From Bergeyella sp. (GTDB lineage: Bacteria; Bacteroidota; Bacteroidia; Flavobacteriales; Weeksellaceae): 64,000 nt of DNA. Shown piece after piece: positions 46,735 through 56,714 of the stretch; within the stretch, counting starts at the first letter, position 1, and each line of letters begins with the position of its first letter. The notes under the pieces were generated by a model, which saw only the letters and a list, made by a program, of their open reading frames with translations, was not told the origin of the DNA and searched no databases. The stretch is from contig JASGDB010000014.1 of NCBI GenBank assembly GCA_049841315.1, positions 1,697 to 65,696 of the forward strand. The letters are read 5' to 3'. The position numbers and the translations under genes are program-made.

Positions 46735-47700
46735 GTGAAATTTTCAAAAGAAATAAAGGCAGGTTTGATTGCCATAATCGCCATTGCAGGATTTATATAT
46801 CTGTTTCAGTTCATGAAAGGCAAAAGCCTTTTCAGTACCGATAATGTGTATTATGCGGAATTTGACAACGTGGAAGGTCTCGAACCCTCGAGCCCTGTAT
46901 CCATCAACGGACTGAAAGTAGGACAGGTAGAAGCCATTACACCGATAAAAGACAAAACCGGGCGCATCCATTTTTTAGTAAAAGTATTGGTGAACGACGA
47001 GTATGAATTTTCTAAAAAATCAACGCTGGAAGTATTCGAGCCGGGACTCATGTCCGGAAAGCAAATGAGAATTAATCTTTCTTACGGCGAACCTTTTGTA
47101 AAAGACGGCGACACACTGAAGGGAAGTTTTAAACTTTCCATGATGAACAGCCTTTCCTCTCAGGTCGGCCCTGTGAAAGACCAGTTGCAAGCGGTACTTA
47201 AAAGAGTGGACTCCCTGATGAATAACGCCAATAAAGTTTTCGACGACAGAAACAGAGCAGAACTCACCTCATTGCTTCGCAATCTTAACTCAACCGTTGC
47301 TTCGTTTGAAAGCACCTCAAAACAAACCAACAGCCTTCTCGCCAACAACGACCCGAAAGTGCAGAAAATGCTGGACAACGCAAACCTCGCCACCGTAAGC
47401 GCAAAAGAAGCTATGGACAAATACGGAAAGGTAGCAGAAAACATCGATACGGAAAAGCTCAACAACACGATTGACAAATTGGGCACGGCAACCGATAATC
47501 TCAATAAAATTATTTCAGGCATACAAAATGGTGAAGGAAGTCTTGGTAAATTGACCAAAGATGATGAACTTTATAAAAATCTTAATAAAACCGCCGAAAG
47601 TATGAATTCTTTGGTTCAGGATTTAAAAGATAACCCCAAAAGATACGTGAATATTTCCGTATTCGGGAAAAACAATAAAGACTCGCAAAACAAGCCCTGA
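46735..47700 (+). CDS. MlaD/MCE-domain protein
   Basis: 321 aa, GTG start. TM anchor, MCE domain (YYAEFDNVEGLEPSSPVSINGLKVGQVEAI) and a long helical C-terminus. Confidence 0.8.
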   Translation: MKFSKEIKAGLIAIIAIAGFIYLFQFMKGKSLFSTDNVYYAEFDNVEGLEPSSPVSINGLKVGQVEAITPIKDKTGRIHFLVKVLVNDEYEFSKKSTLEVFEPGLMSGKQMRINLSYGEPFVKDGDTLKGSFKLSMMNSLSSQVGPVKDQLQAVLKRVDSLMNNANKVFDDRNRAELTSLLRNLNSTVASFESTSKQTNSLLANNDPKVQKMLDNANLATVSAKEAMDKYGKVAENIDTEKLNNTIDKLGTATDNLNKIISGIQNGEGSLGKLTKDDELYKNLNKTAESMNSLVQDLKDNPKRYVNISVFGKNNKDSQNKP

Positions 47701-47760
47701 AAGGGCGACATCAATAGGGAATCGCCCTGTGAAATTAAAGCGGAATAATAAAAAAACACG

Positions 47761-49080
47761 ATGCAGTACATTGATAACATTCTCTTTTTCCTCTGCCTTA
47801 TCGCAGGCTTCGGGCTTTTTGCCAAAAGCATGATGGAAATCTACCGCAACATTATGCTCGGTAAAGCGGTTGACCGTTCGGACAACAAAAACGAACGCTG
47901 GAAAACCATGGCAATGGTCGCCCTCGGGCAGAGCAAAATGGTAAAAAGACCGATTGCAGGCGTTTTGCACATTTTCGTTTATGTCGGTTTCGTGATTATC
48001 AATCTGGAACTTTTGGAAATTATCGTGGACGGAATTTTTGGAACGAATCGTTTTCTCTTGCAGATTTTCGGGCAAAATTTATATGCGGTTTTTACTTCAA
48101 CTTTAGAAATTTTGGCGTTATTGGTCGTGGTTGCGGTGGTAGTTTTCTTTATCAGAAGGAATTTTTACGGCGTGAAACGACTGACGATGAAAGAACTTTT
48201 CGGCTGGCCTAAACACGATGCCAACTGGATTTTGTTGATTGAATTTGCTTTGATGGTCGCTTTCTTTACAATGAATGCGGCGGATTTTTACAGCGACTCC
48301 GAAAAACTTGCCTATAACTTTCCAATCTCAAAAACGATTTTTCCTTTTTTTGAAAATTTTAGTTTGACTTCGCTTCATATCATAGAAAAATCCGCTTGGT
48401 GGTTTCATTTTGTCGGGATTTTGTTTTTCATGAATTACCTGTATTATTCCAAACATCTTCATATTCTTCTCGCTTTTCCGAATACATGGTATTCCAATCT
48501 GAATCCGAAAGGTCAGTTCAGTAATCTTGATTCCGTTACAAAAGAAATCAGAATGATGATGGACCCGAATGCCGACCCTTACGCCACACCCGCAGAAACC
48601 GATCCGAACGCTGTTCCCGAAAAATTCGGAGCAAGCGATATTTTTGATTTGGACAGAGTACAACTGATGAATGCCTACACTTGCACGGAATGTGGAAGAT
48701 GCACTTCGGTTTGCCCGGCAAATCTTACCGGCAAAAAACTCTCTCCGCGAAAAATCATGATGGATACCCGAGACAGAATTGAAGAAGTAGCAAAAAACAT
48801 CAATAAAAACGGAAAATTTGAAGACGACGGCAAAAAACTTCTGGACGACCATATTCAAAGAGAAGAATTAAGAGCCTGCACTACCTGTAATGCCTGTGTG
48901 GAAGCCTGCCCTGTCCTTATTTCACCGCTTTCCATTATTATGGATTTGAGGAGATATATGATTATGGAAGAATCTTCCGCTCCACACGAATGGCAGCTGA
49001 TGATGACCAATGTAGAAAACAACGCAGCACCTTGGCAGTACAATCAGGCAGACAGATTGAATTGGGCGACAGAGAGTTAG
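47761..49080 (+). CDS. Membrane-bound (Fe-S)-binding oxidoreductase subunit (two 4Fe-4S ferredoxin motifs)
   Basis: 439 aa. About 6 N-terminal TM helices. The cluster motifs are CTECGRCTSVCP and CTTCNACVEACP. The last codons and the stop abut the G-rich repeat at 49081. Confidence 0.8.
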   Translation: MQYIDNILFFLCLIAGFGLFAKSMMEIYRNIMLGKAVDRSDNKNERWKTMAMVALGQSKMVKRPIAGVLHIFVYVGFVIINLELLEIIVDGIFGTNRFLLQIFGQNLYAVFTSTLEILALLVVVAVVVFFIRRNFYGVKRLTMKELFGWPKHDANWILLIEFALMVAFFTMNAADFYSDSEKLAYNFPISKTIFPFFENFSLTSLHIIEKSAWWFHFVGILFFMNYLYYSKHLHILLAFPNTWYSNLNPKGQFSNLDSVTKEIRMMMDPNADPYATPAETDPNAVPEKFGASDIFDLDRVQLMNAYTCTECGRCTSVCPANLTGKKLSPRKIMMDTRDRIEEVAKNINKNGKFEDDGKKLLDDHIQREELRACTTCNACVEACPVLISPLSIIMDLRRYMIMEESSAPHEWQLMMTNVENNAAPWQYNQADRLNWATES

Positions 49081-49158
49081 GGCGTTGGGGAGAGGGAGAG
49101 TTGGGGAAATTTCCCTCTTTCAGAGGGGTGGATTCGACCGAAGGGAGAAGACGGGGTG
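49081..49158. repeat. G-rich palindromic repeat element (GGGGAGAGGGAG ... CCCTCT-TTC-AGAGGG ...)
   Basis: The core hairpin is ccctct-ttc-agaggg at 49113-49127, flanked by purine-rich arms. It is related in style to the CCTCTCCAAAGGAGAGG elements at 61348-61492 and 62668-62700. Confidence 0.65.
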
Positions 49159-49232
49159 TTAAAAATCTAACAAAAAACATTGAACAGTTTATAAAAAATC
49201 AATTATAATTAGTTAATCAATTTGAAAATGCA

Positions 49233-49664
49233 ATGATTGGCAGATTTGAAAATTTTATCAGAAATAGCGGATTGGAAGCAACTTGGAGTGTTTACAATTT
49301 TGTATTTTCATTAATTAACGGATTGCTTTTAGGGTTTTTGATAAATCTTTTTGAAGACAGTAATTTTATTGATATAAGAAAATTTACAGATTCCTATCTG
49401 AATTTTTCAATCGGAATTTTCTTTCTCGTTTTTATAATTGTTTCAATTAAAAAGCTGGGATTTTCAAAAATTTTCAAATCGGTTTTTCGCTTGCTTTTTT
49501 TTATGATTTTTGTAAATGGTTTGGCTCAATGGTCTGGTGGAACGGTAATTCCTAATAAATACAACAATTGGGACGATTTTATTTTGATAGAAAATCTTTC
49601 GGAAGAAAAAGAAAGAAAAATTACATTTATTGAGAAACTTTTGAAAAAAATATGGAGAAGTTAA
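49233..49664 (+). CDS. Hypothetical small membrane protein (AT-rich insert between the two Fe-S subunit genes)
   Basis: 143 aa with 3-4 predicted TM helices. No family was recognised. The coding status rests only on ORF length and hydrophobic periodicity. Confidence 0.4.
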   Translation: MIGRFENFIRNSGLEATWSVYNFVFSLINGLLLGFLINLFEDSNFIDIRKFTDSYLNFSIGIFFLVFIIVSIKKLGFSKIFKSVFRLLFFMIFVNGLAQWSGGTVIPNKYNNWDDFILIENLSEEKERKITFIEKLLKKIWRS

Positions 49665-49725
49665 TTTGATAATTATTAGATTTCATTTTCAAATTATCAC
49701 ATTTTCAAAATAAGAAATTAAATTT

Positions 49726-50511
49726 ATGGATTTCACAATAAAAACAATGGCAGAATACGCTGCGGAAGGCAAATCCCCCGAAGTTTTGTTTTGGGTGGGT
49801 TGCGCCGGAAGTTTCGACGACAGAGCCAAAAAAATTACCCGCGCATTCTGCAAAATTCTGAATAAAATCGGGGTGGAATTTGCTGTTCTCGGTCAGGAAG
49901 AATCTTGCACTGGCGACCCTGCAAAGCGTGCCGGAAACGAGTTTGTCTTCCAAATGATGGCACTCACGAATATTGAAATTTTGAACGCTTACGACATCAA
50001 AAAAATAGTAACCGCATGTCCGCATTGTTTCAATACTTTGAAAAATGAATATCCGGGATTAGGAGGAAACTACGAAGTGCTGCATCACACTCAATTCCTG
50101 AAAAACCTGATGAACGAAGGACGACTAAAAATAGAAGGCGGAAGTTTCAAAGGAAAAAAAATCACGTTTCACGACCCGTGTTATCTCGGAAGAGCGAACG
50201 ACGAATACGAAGCGCCGAGAATTCTTTTGGAAAAACTCGATGCCGAACTCGTGGAAATGAAACGCTGCAAATCGAGCGGACTTTGTTGCGGAGCAGGCGG
50301 CGCACAAATGTTCAAAGAACCGGAAAAAGGCGACAAAGACATCAACATAGAAAGAACCGAAGAAGCGCTTTCTTTTCAGCCAAAAGTGATTGCAACAGGC
50401 TGCCCGTTTTGCAACACGATGATGACGGACGGCGTGAAGCACTTCAATAAAAACAACGAAGTAGAAGTAAAAGATATTGTAGAACTTCTGGCGGAAGCCG
50501 AAGATTTATAG
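49726..50511 (+). CDS. (Fe-S)-binding protein with cysteine-rich CCG domains (HdrB/GlpC-like subunit)
   Basis: 261 aa. It has two CCG-type motifs (WVGCAGSFDD...ESCTGDPA and CPHC...; DPCYLGR...GLCCGAGG...GCPFC). Confidence 0.8.
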   Translation: MDFTIKTMAEYAAEGKSPEVLFWVGCAGSFDDRAKKITRAFCKILNKIGVEFAVLGQEESCTGDPAKRAGNEFVFQMMALTNIEILNAYDIKKIVTACPHCFNTLKNEYPGLGGNYEVLHHTQFLKNLMNEGRLKIEGGSFKGKKITFHDPCYLGRANDEYEAPRILLEKLDAELVEMKRCKSSGLCCGAGGAQMFKEPEKGDKDINIERTEEALSFQPKVIATGCPFCNTMMTDGVKHFNKNNEVEVKDIVELLAEAEDL

Positions 50512-50514
50512 AAC

Positions 50515-50682
50515 ATGAAAAGAAAACCTGCTTATGTTCTTATTTGGGGAAGTATCATTTTGCTCGGAATCGACTTTTGGAATTACGGTCTGGAATTTTC
50601 CTCCGGAAGAATAATGAGAAATGCCTCTAATGTTTTATTAATAATTGTAGGTATAATTGCAATTAAAAATTCTAAAGAATGA
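50515..50682 (+). CDS. Possible 55-aa membrane peptide (below the ORF-track length cutoff)
   Basis: My translation is MKRKPAYVLIWGSIILLGIDFWNYGLEFSSGRIMRNASNVLLIIVGIIAIKNSKE-stop. It has two hydrophobic helices. The stop overlaps the next ATG (ATGA at 50679-50682). Confidence 0.4.
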   Translation: MKRKPAYVLIWGSIILLGIDFWNYGLEFSSGRIMRNASNVLLIIVGIIAIKNSKE

Positions 50683-51170
50683 AAATACAGGAATCCGAAA
50701 TTATAGAAACCAACGATTACAGGGTGATTATTTATCCTGCTTCAAGACCTTTTACAGCAAAAGAATCCAAAACCATCTCAGAAAAACTGTTTGATTTTCT
50801 GGCAACTTGGGCGGCGCACGGAAAACCGCTTTCCTCTTCTTTTAAAATAGAAAAAAATCAGTTTATCATCATTTGTATAGACGAAGAAAAAGAAGCTGCT
50901 TCGGGATGTTCCATTGACTCTTTGAGTGGATTGATGAGAGAACTCGACAGAGAATTCAATCTTGGGCTTTTTGACAGGATGAAAGCCAGCTTCATAGAAA
51001 ACGGCGAAGTGAAAACACTTCGGTTACAAGATTTCAAATCTCAACTGAAAAACGGCGAAATATCAAAAAATATAGAGGTTTTTGATTTTTCAAAATCTAC
51101 TTATGTGAATTTCCTGTCCGATTTTCTGCTTCCGCTGAACAGAAGTTGGGCGGGAATGTATGTGGAATAA
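50679..51170 (+). CDS. Conserved hypothetical protein
   Basis: 163 aa and soluble. No motif was recognised with confidence. Confidence 0.5.
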   Translation: MKIQESEIIETNDYRVIIYPASRPFTAKESKTISEKLFDFLATWAAHGKPLSSSFKIEKNQFIIICIDEEKEAASGCSIDSLSGLMRELDREFNLGLFDRMKASFIENGEVKTLRLQDFKSQLKNGEISKNIEVFDFSKSTYVNFLSDFLLPLNRSWAGMYVE

Positions 51171-51227
51171 AATCGGATAAAAACAATCAAAAATCTTTCA
51201 ATTTAAAACTGAAAGATTTTTGATTTG

Positions 51228-52031
51228 TCAGAATTTTTGATTTTTTAATCCTATTTGAAAAATAGTGTCCGGATTTTCCATAACATCAAAAACTGTTGCC
51301 GGCAGTTTTTCTTTTATGAAAACAGCGCACATTGTATTTTTAGGGTGATATAAAAACCGATGATTTTCTTTATTAGTTCCGTCCAGAATTGCCTGAAAAA
51401 CTTCGTAGCGGATTTTTTGCGGATTATAAGCGTAATCGTGCCACACCACAATAGAATTTTCGTGAAGGAGATGAGCAAAAACTTTTTTGGTATCATTCAG
51501 AACCATTTCGTAAGTATGGTCTCCGTCAATGAAGATTAAATCGTATTTTTTCTGAAGTCCGGCGAAGTCAAAATTTTTAGTATTGCCGTGAAGATGAAGA
51601 ATTTTGGGGTTTCTTTTGGAGAGAATTCCGTGCAGTTCCACATATTTGGGATTCCAGCCCATTGCTTTCATTTCTTCTTCGGAAAGGTTGAGGGTATTGC
51701 AGTCATCGATTTCCTTTGCTACATTGAAGACGCTTTCGCCACGCCATGTCCCGATTTCAAAATATGAATTAACCTCCTTTCTTTTAGCAAGTGTTACGAG
51801 AAGCTGTAAATCGGTAATCATGGAACTGCCATCCAGAAGAAAAGTTTCTACAATCTCCGCAGGCTGATGCAAATCTTTTATTTCAATTTGAGGTAAAGCA
51901 AATAAATTAGGGTATTTTTGTAAAAACTTTCTTTTTCTGATATCATTGTCATTCAGAATGATATTGATTAAACTCGGCTGTTGGAGCAGGATTCGGAAAA
52001 AAGAAAGAAATTTTTTAATTTTAACAGACAT
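51228..52031 (-). CDS. Class I SAM-dependent methyltransferase (Methyltransf_24-like)
   Basis: 267 aa. FEIGTWRGES (a motif I-like loop) and YDLIFIDGDHTYE are typical of this O-methyltransferase-like family. Confidence 0.6.
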   Translation of the reverse strand: MSVKIKKFLSFFRILLQQPSLINIILNDNDIRKRKFLQKYPNLFALPQIEIKDLHQPAEIVETFLLDGSSMITDLQLLVTLAKRKEVNSYFEIGTWRGESVFNVAKEIDDCNTLNLSEEEMKAMGWNPKYVELHGILSKRNPKILHLHGNTKNFDFAGLQKKYDLIFIDGDHTYEMVLNDTKKVFAHLLHENSIVVWHDYAYNPQKIRYEVFQAILDGTNKENHRFLYHPKNTMCAVFIKEKLPATVFDVMENPDTIFQIGLKNQKF

Positions 52032-52071
52032 TTTGTGACTTCTTTAAAGAGATTCACAAATATACTTATAA

Positions 52072-53205
52072 ATGGAAACTTTGAAAAAGAAAAACATCCT
52101 CTTTATTTCGTCCTGGTATCCGAATAAGCTGGAACTTACGAACGGAAATTTCGTGCAGCGTCATGCTGAGGCGGTTTCTATGCTTCATCATGTGGAAGTT
52201 CTTCACAGTATCGGGGATTTTAATCAGAGAGAAAAATTTATTTTTGATGATAAAATCATCAACGGAATACGGACTTTGATTGTTTATTATAAAAACACTA
52301 AAAATCCGGTTCTGAATTTTATCAGGAGGATGAAAGCCTATTCTTTAGGTTTTAAAAAAATGAATAAGCCGGATTTAGTCCATGCCAATGTTCATCATAA
52401 CAGTATGATGTTTGCGGTTTACCTGAAAAAAAGATTTAAAATTCCTTTTGTCATAACGGAACATTGGACAGCTTTGCGGAAAATTAATGAAAATAAAACT
52501 TCCAAAGGCATCAAAATGACAGCACGGACTATAGGAAATCACGCTTCCAAAATTCTTCCGGTAAGTAAGGATTTGGCATCAGGACTTCGGAATTTAGGGA
52601 TGCGTACGTCTATGAAAGTTATCCCGAATGTAGTGGACACTTCTTTGTTTTCTCCAAAAAAAACAGAAAATAAAGAATTTACATTTATACATGTTTCCAA
52701 TTTAATTCCCCGGAAAAACCCTGAAAAAATTCTGAATGTTGCACTAAAACTTTTAGAAAAAGGCTATGTTTTCAGATTGCAGATAGGCGGGGACGGAGAT
52801 ATTTCAAAGATAAAAGATATTGCGAAAAAATCTGATTATCAGGACAAAATAGAAATTTTTGGAATTCAGACACTGCCCGAAATAGCAGACAGAATGAGGC
52901 GGTCGGATTGCTTTATATTATTCAGCGATGATGAAAATCAGCCGTGCGTAATCGCAGAAGCATTCGCGAGCGGAATAAAAGTGATTTCGACGAATGTGGG
53001 TGGTATTTCAGAGTTTTTTCCTGAAAATGCCGGAATATTATTGGATAGTGTTGATGAAAATTTGCTGGAAGCAGCAATGATTCATTTACTGGAAAACAAG
53101 GATTCGGATTCTGAATTTTTGGTGAATTATGCCAATTCCGTTTTTTCGGAAAAAACAATAGCAGAGGAATATTCTAAAATTTATTCAGAAGTATTAGAAA
53201 AATGA
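52072..53205 (+). CDS. Glycosyltransferase family 4
   Basis: 377 aa with GT-B architecture. The C-terminal half contains ...FIHVSNLIPRKN... and the E-x7-E-like region NQPCVIAEAFASGIKVIST. Confidence 0.7.
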   Translation: METLKKKNILFISSWYPNKLELTNGNFVQRHAEAVSMLHHVEVLHSIGDFNQREKFIFDDKIINGIRTLIVYYKNTKNPVLNFIRRMKAYSLGFKKMNKPDLVHANVHHNSMMFAVYLKKRFKIPFVITEHWTALRKINENKTSKGIKMTARTIGNHASKILPVSKDLASGLRNLGMRTSMKVIPNVVDTSLFSPKKTENKEFTFIHVSNLIPRKNPEKILNVALKLLEKGYVFRLQIGGDGDISKIKDIAKKSDYQDKIEIFGIQTLPEIADRMRRSDCFILFSDDENQPCVIAEAFASGIKVISTNVGGISEFFPENAGILLDSVDENLLEAAMIHLLENKDSDSEFLVNYANSVFSEKTIAEEYSKIYSEVLEK

Positions 53206-54848
53206 AAAAAGGCTTCTCCATTACAATTTCAGAGCAAAATACAGATATACAATCTTTTATTTCAAAAGATTACGATAATTTTTATTTTCAATCTGAGCCG
53301 TTTGATTTTCTTATTGAGGGCGTTCTTCTCAACAAAAAAAAACTGCTTCATGAGTTTGCCCTGAAAGACTTTGAAACCTTAATCCGTGAGTTGTACTTCA
53401 GGAAAAAGGAACAAATAATCAAAGAATTTGAAGGAGAATTCCGGGGATTTATCTATGATAAAACCAGTCATAAAATTTTTGTTTTCACCAATGCAACTTC
53501 CACTCAGAGAGTTTTTTACGGAAAATCTGGCAATCAGATTTTTATTGACACAAGCCTCATAAGGCTGAATGAAAATCTGAAAAATTCTGGAACAAAATCC
53601 GAACCGGATATAGGTGCGGTGTATCAGATTTTGGGCATCGGAAATATGCTGGAGAACAAAACCATTTTAAAAAACGTATATAAGATTCTTGACGGGCACT
53701 ATCTTGAGATAGATTGTAACATGTTGATTTATAGCGAAAAAGAGCATTTTAATTTTTTTAATAAAGAATACTTCAGCAAGTCAAAAGAAACAGCCAGAAA
53801 AAAAATCCACGAGATATTTTCCGAAGCCGTTTTGATGGAATATGAAAAAGATGAAGAGTTCGAAACCAATCATCTTTCCCTTTTAAGCGGAGGTCTGGAC
53901 AGTCGTGTTGCGATGCTGTATGCTCTTAAAAACAAAAAAATCCCCGATAATGTTTTGTGTTTTTCACAATCGGGATATTTTGACGAAAGGATTTCCCGAA
54001 AAATTTCAGAGGATTTTTCACTCCATTATGAGTTTGTTCCTTTGGACGGAGGAACTTTTCTGAAAAAAATAGACCATTTGACGGAACTCTCCGAAGGCCT
54101 GGTTTTTTACACCGGCGGAATCCACGTGCACTACGCAGTGGAAAAAATGCAGTATGATAATTTTTCGCTTTTTCACAGCGGACAAATCGGCGACGGTGTT
54201 TTGGGAGGATTCAATTCTGTTCCCGAACGCAAAAAACCTTCTTATTTCAAAATCGTATCCAACAAAGAATTTCTCCCGAAAATAGAACACACTCTGAACG
54301 AAAGCATAAAAAACTATGAAACGGAGGAAGTATTTCTCATGAGAAATGTGGCATTCAACCGAACATTGTTCGGCGCACACGTTCTTCAGCAGAAACGGTA
54401 TCAGACTTCGCCGTTCATGTATAAGGATTTTCTGAAATTTGCTGTTTCGCTTCCCGAAAAATGGAAATTCAATCACCGTTTTTATCTGGAATGGATAAGG
54501 GAATATTGTGAAGAAGCTACACAATACCGATGGGAACGCACTTTGATGAATCCGGATGCAAAATGGAAAACAAATTTCGGGGACAAAGTAATGAAAAGAG
54601 GTTTCAAAATTCTGAACGAAAAAATACTGAACACTCCGCAGAAAACAAGTATGTATCCGTATCAGTTTTATTTTGACAATGAGCCGGAAATCAGGAAATA
54701 TTATCAACAGTATTTTGATGAAAATATCCATAGAATAGAATCGTATCCTGAGCTTTACGAAGATGTTTTTCATCTTTTTTCTTCCGGAAGGTTTCATCAT
54801 AAATCACAAGCTGTTAATATTTTGTCCATTTTTAAACTGTATTTTTAG
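53202..54848 (+). CDS. Asparagine synthetase B-like adenylating enzyme lacking the N-terminal catalytic cysteine
   Basis: 548 aa. The PP-loop is SLLSGGLDSR. The N-terminus is MKKGFSITIS rather than MCG, so no Ntn glutaminase nucleophile is present. It overlaps the GT4 gene by 4 bp and abuts the flippase gene. Confidence 0.7.
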   Translation: MKKGFSITISEQNTDIQSFISKDYDNFYFQSEPFDFLIEGVLLNKKKLLHEFALKDFETLIRELYFRKKEQIIKEFEGEFRGFIYDKTSHKIFVFTNATSTQRVFYGKSGNQIFIDTSLIRLNENLKNSGTKSEPDIGAVYQILGIGNMLENKTILKNVYKILDGHYLEIDCNMLIYSEKEHFNFFNKEYFSKSKETARKKIHEIFSEAVLMEYEKDEEFETNHLSLLSGGLDSRVAMLYALKNKKIPDNVLCFSQSGYFDERISRKISEDFSLHYEFVPLDGGTFLKKIDHLTELSEGLVFYTGGIHVHYAVEKMQYDNFSLFHSGQIGDGVLGGFNSVPERKKPSYFKIVSNKEFLPKIEHTLNESIKNYETEEVFLMRNVAFNRTLFGAHVLQQKRYQTSPFMYKDFLKFAVSLPEKWKFNHRFYLEWIREYCEEATQYRWERTLMNPDAKWKTNFGDKVMKRGFKILNEKILNTPQKTSMYPYQFYFDNEPEIRKYYQQYFDENIHRIESYPELYEDVFHLFSSGRFHHKSQAVNILSIFKLYF

Positions 54849-56096
54849 ATGGGAAGCCTTGCTGATTTTTTGAAAAAATTCTTTCTCAACAAAGGACATC
54901 ACGTTTTTGTTTCACTGCTGATTGCGAAAATCTGTGCATTCCTTGGAGCTCTTTTTATCATCCGGATTCTGCCCGAATCGGAATTTGGCACGACGAGCAT
55001 TGCAGCGTCTGTCTTTGCGGTTTTCGCTCCGTTCAGTGGTTTCGGCTCACAGCAGAGTTTGCTGCGCTTCGGTTCTGTAATCAATGATATTTCGGAGAAA
55101 AAATCGCTCTCCCGGTATCTTTTTTTGAAAGGATTCGGTTATCAGGTTTTGCTGGCATTTATCTTTTTGGGCATCAGTTTTTTCTATATCAGAAAATATG
55201 AAGACATTTTACTTATGTTTCTGTTTTTTGCAGTCAGATTGATAGGTTTTTATTTTTTTAATCACATCCAGTCCGAACTAAGAATCCTCGGAAACAACCG
55301 TGAATTTGCGAGAGTAAACAACGTTGTGAATATTTCCGGAGTTGTGCTGCTTCTGGTGCTTTCCTTTTTTTTCGGGCTTAAGGGTTATCTTTTTGCCATT
55401 GCCATTACGCCGTTTTTATCATTATTTTGGTATAAAAAAGAAAACAGGTCTTCCGATGCCGAAAATTTCAGTTTTGCCCAAAAAGAAATATGGAATTACG
55501 GGCTTCATGCTGCTGGTACGGCTCTGCTCTCTGATATGCTTTTTTCTGCTGATGTTCTGCTGCTCAGTTTTCTGATGGATGAAACAGCAGTTGCCAATTA
55601 CAAAACAGCGCTTCTTATCCCTTCCAATATTACATTTCTGGCACTTACTTTTTTGCAGACGGATTTTCCTGTAATTGCCGGAAATTATCAGAATAAAGAG
55701 TATCTTAAAAATTATATTTTTAATTATTATAAAATTTTTATTCCGATAACAGTAATTATTTTTGGTACAAGCTGTATTTTCAGCAGAGAAATTCTCACCT
55801 TGTTTTTCGGAAGCAGATATCAGGACAATACTTACATTTTTGTTATTCTTTCGGGTGCATTCTGTCTCAATATGCTGTTCAGGAATCTTTACGGGAATAT
55901 GCTTTCCGCAGTCGGAGTCATGAAAGCAAATACGACTGTTTCTACACTTGCAATTCTACTCTTGGTTATTCTTTCATTGATAATCGTTCCGGAATACGGC
56001 ATTAACGGAATGGCGTTTTCAATGGCTTTATCTTTAATTTTCACGGGTTTTGCCACAATGTTTTATTTTATACGATACATCCGAAAACTGAAATAA
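54849..56096 (+). CDS. Oligosaccharide/polysaccharide flippase (Wzx-like, MOP superfamily)
   Basis: 415 aa with about 12 TM helices. Its position in the glycan cluster supports the call. Confidence 0.65.
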   Translation: MGSLADFLKKFFLNKGHHVFVSLLIAKICAFLGALFIIRILPESEFGTTSIAASVFAVFAPFSGFGSQQSLLRFGSVINDISEKKSLSRYLFLKGFGYQVLLAFIFLGISFFYIRKYEDILLMFLFFAVRLIGFYFFNHIQSELRILGNNREFARVNNVVNISGVVLLLVLSFFFGLKGYLFAIAITPFLSLFWYKKENRSSDAENFSFAQKEIWNYGLHAAGTALLSDMLFSADVLLLSFLMDETAVANYKTALLIPSNITFLALTFLQTDFPVIAGNYQNKEYLKNYIFNYYKIFIPITVIIFGTSCIFSREILTLFFGSRYQDNTYIFVILSGAFCLNMLFRNLYGNMLSAVGVMKANTTVSTLAILLLVILSLIIVPEYGINGMAFSMALSLIFTGFATMFYFIRYIRKLK

Positions 56097-56109
56097 CTAT
56101 CTTTACACC

Positions 56110-56610
56110 ATGAAAAATATATTTTTCGGTTCGCTGATTGTATTTTTTGCATTTCTGAGCTGCGGAAGTGAAGAGCCGGACGGTCAGTACATCGACCAGA
56201 TTGTTCATCTCTATATCGATTCTGCCGGACAGGATATGCTGAATTCCAATATTTCCGGTTCTTATACTGCGGTTACCATGAACGATGAATACGGAACTAC
56301 GGATAGTGCTCCGGTGTCGGTTTCCATAAAATCGGATGCAGATACGGTCCGCTATATCGAATATGTTGCAGGAGCAAAAAGAATTCTTGTAGATTCTTCG
56401 GATGTGAACAACAAAATTTATCAGTCAAAAATTTCCCTTACACTGACCAGAAAGGTGAATGACACACTAAATTCCACTTTCAGCGACATCCTGATACTGA
56501 ATTACCGCTACACTCCGGATGTTTTTCAACTCCAAGAAGCCTATTACAATAATCAACTGGTTTTTACCAAAACCGCAGGGCAGCCGAATATCGTTAAAGT
56601 CATAAAATAA
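56110..56610 (+). CDS. Hypothetical lipoprotein
   Basis: 166 aa. The signal plus lipobox is FFAFLSC/GSEE. No family was recognised. Confidence 0.55.
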   Translation: MKNIFFGSLIVFFAFLSCGSEEPDGQYIDQIVHLYIDSAGQDMLNSNISGSYTAVTMNDEYGTTDSAPVSVSIKSDADTVRYIEYVAGAKRILVDSSDVNNKIYQSKISLTLTRKVNDTLNSTFSDILILNYRYTPDVFQLQEAYYNNQLVFTKTAGQPNIVKVIK

Positions 56611-56714
56611 TCCTTAAATTTGCAAAATCAGTCAGCGGTTAAGAATCATTGGTTTTAAAAGATAAATCTGATTTCCGAAACTCTGAATTTTTGAATTTTG
56701 AACATTGAATCAAT

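Noticed and set aside
49081-49158. G-rich structured segment considered as a possible tRNA/small RNA gene
   Set aside because: No cloverleaf, anticodon arm or T-loop (GTTCRANYC) can be drawn. It resembles the purine-rich palindromic repeat family seen at 61348-61492 and 62668-62700.
54018-54800. 260-aa minus-strand ORF inside the AsnB-like gene
   Set aside because: It is antisense to a CDS with a clear PP-loop motif and operon context. The translation is low-complexity (F/I/K-rich) with no recognisable domain.
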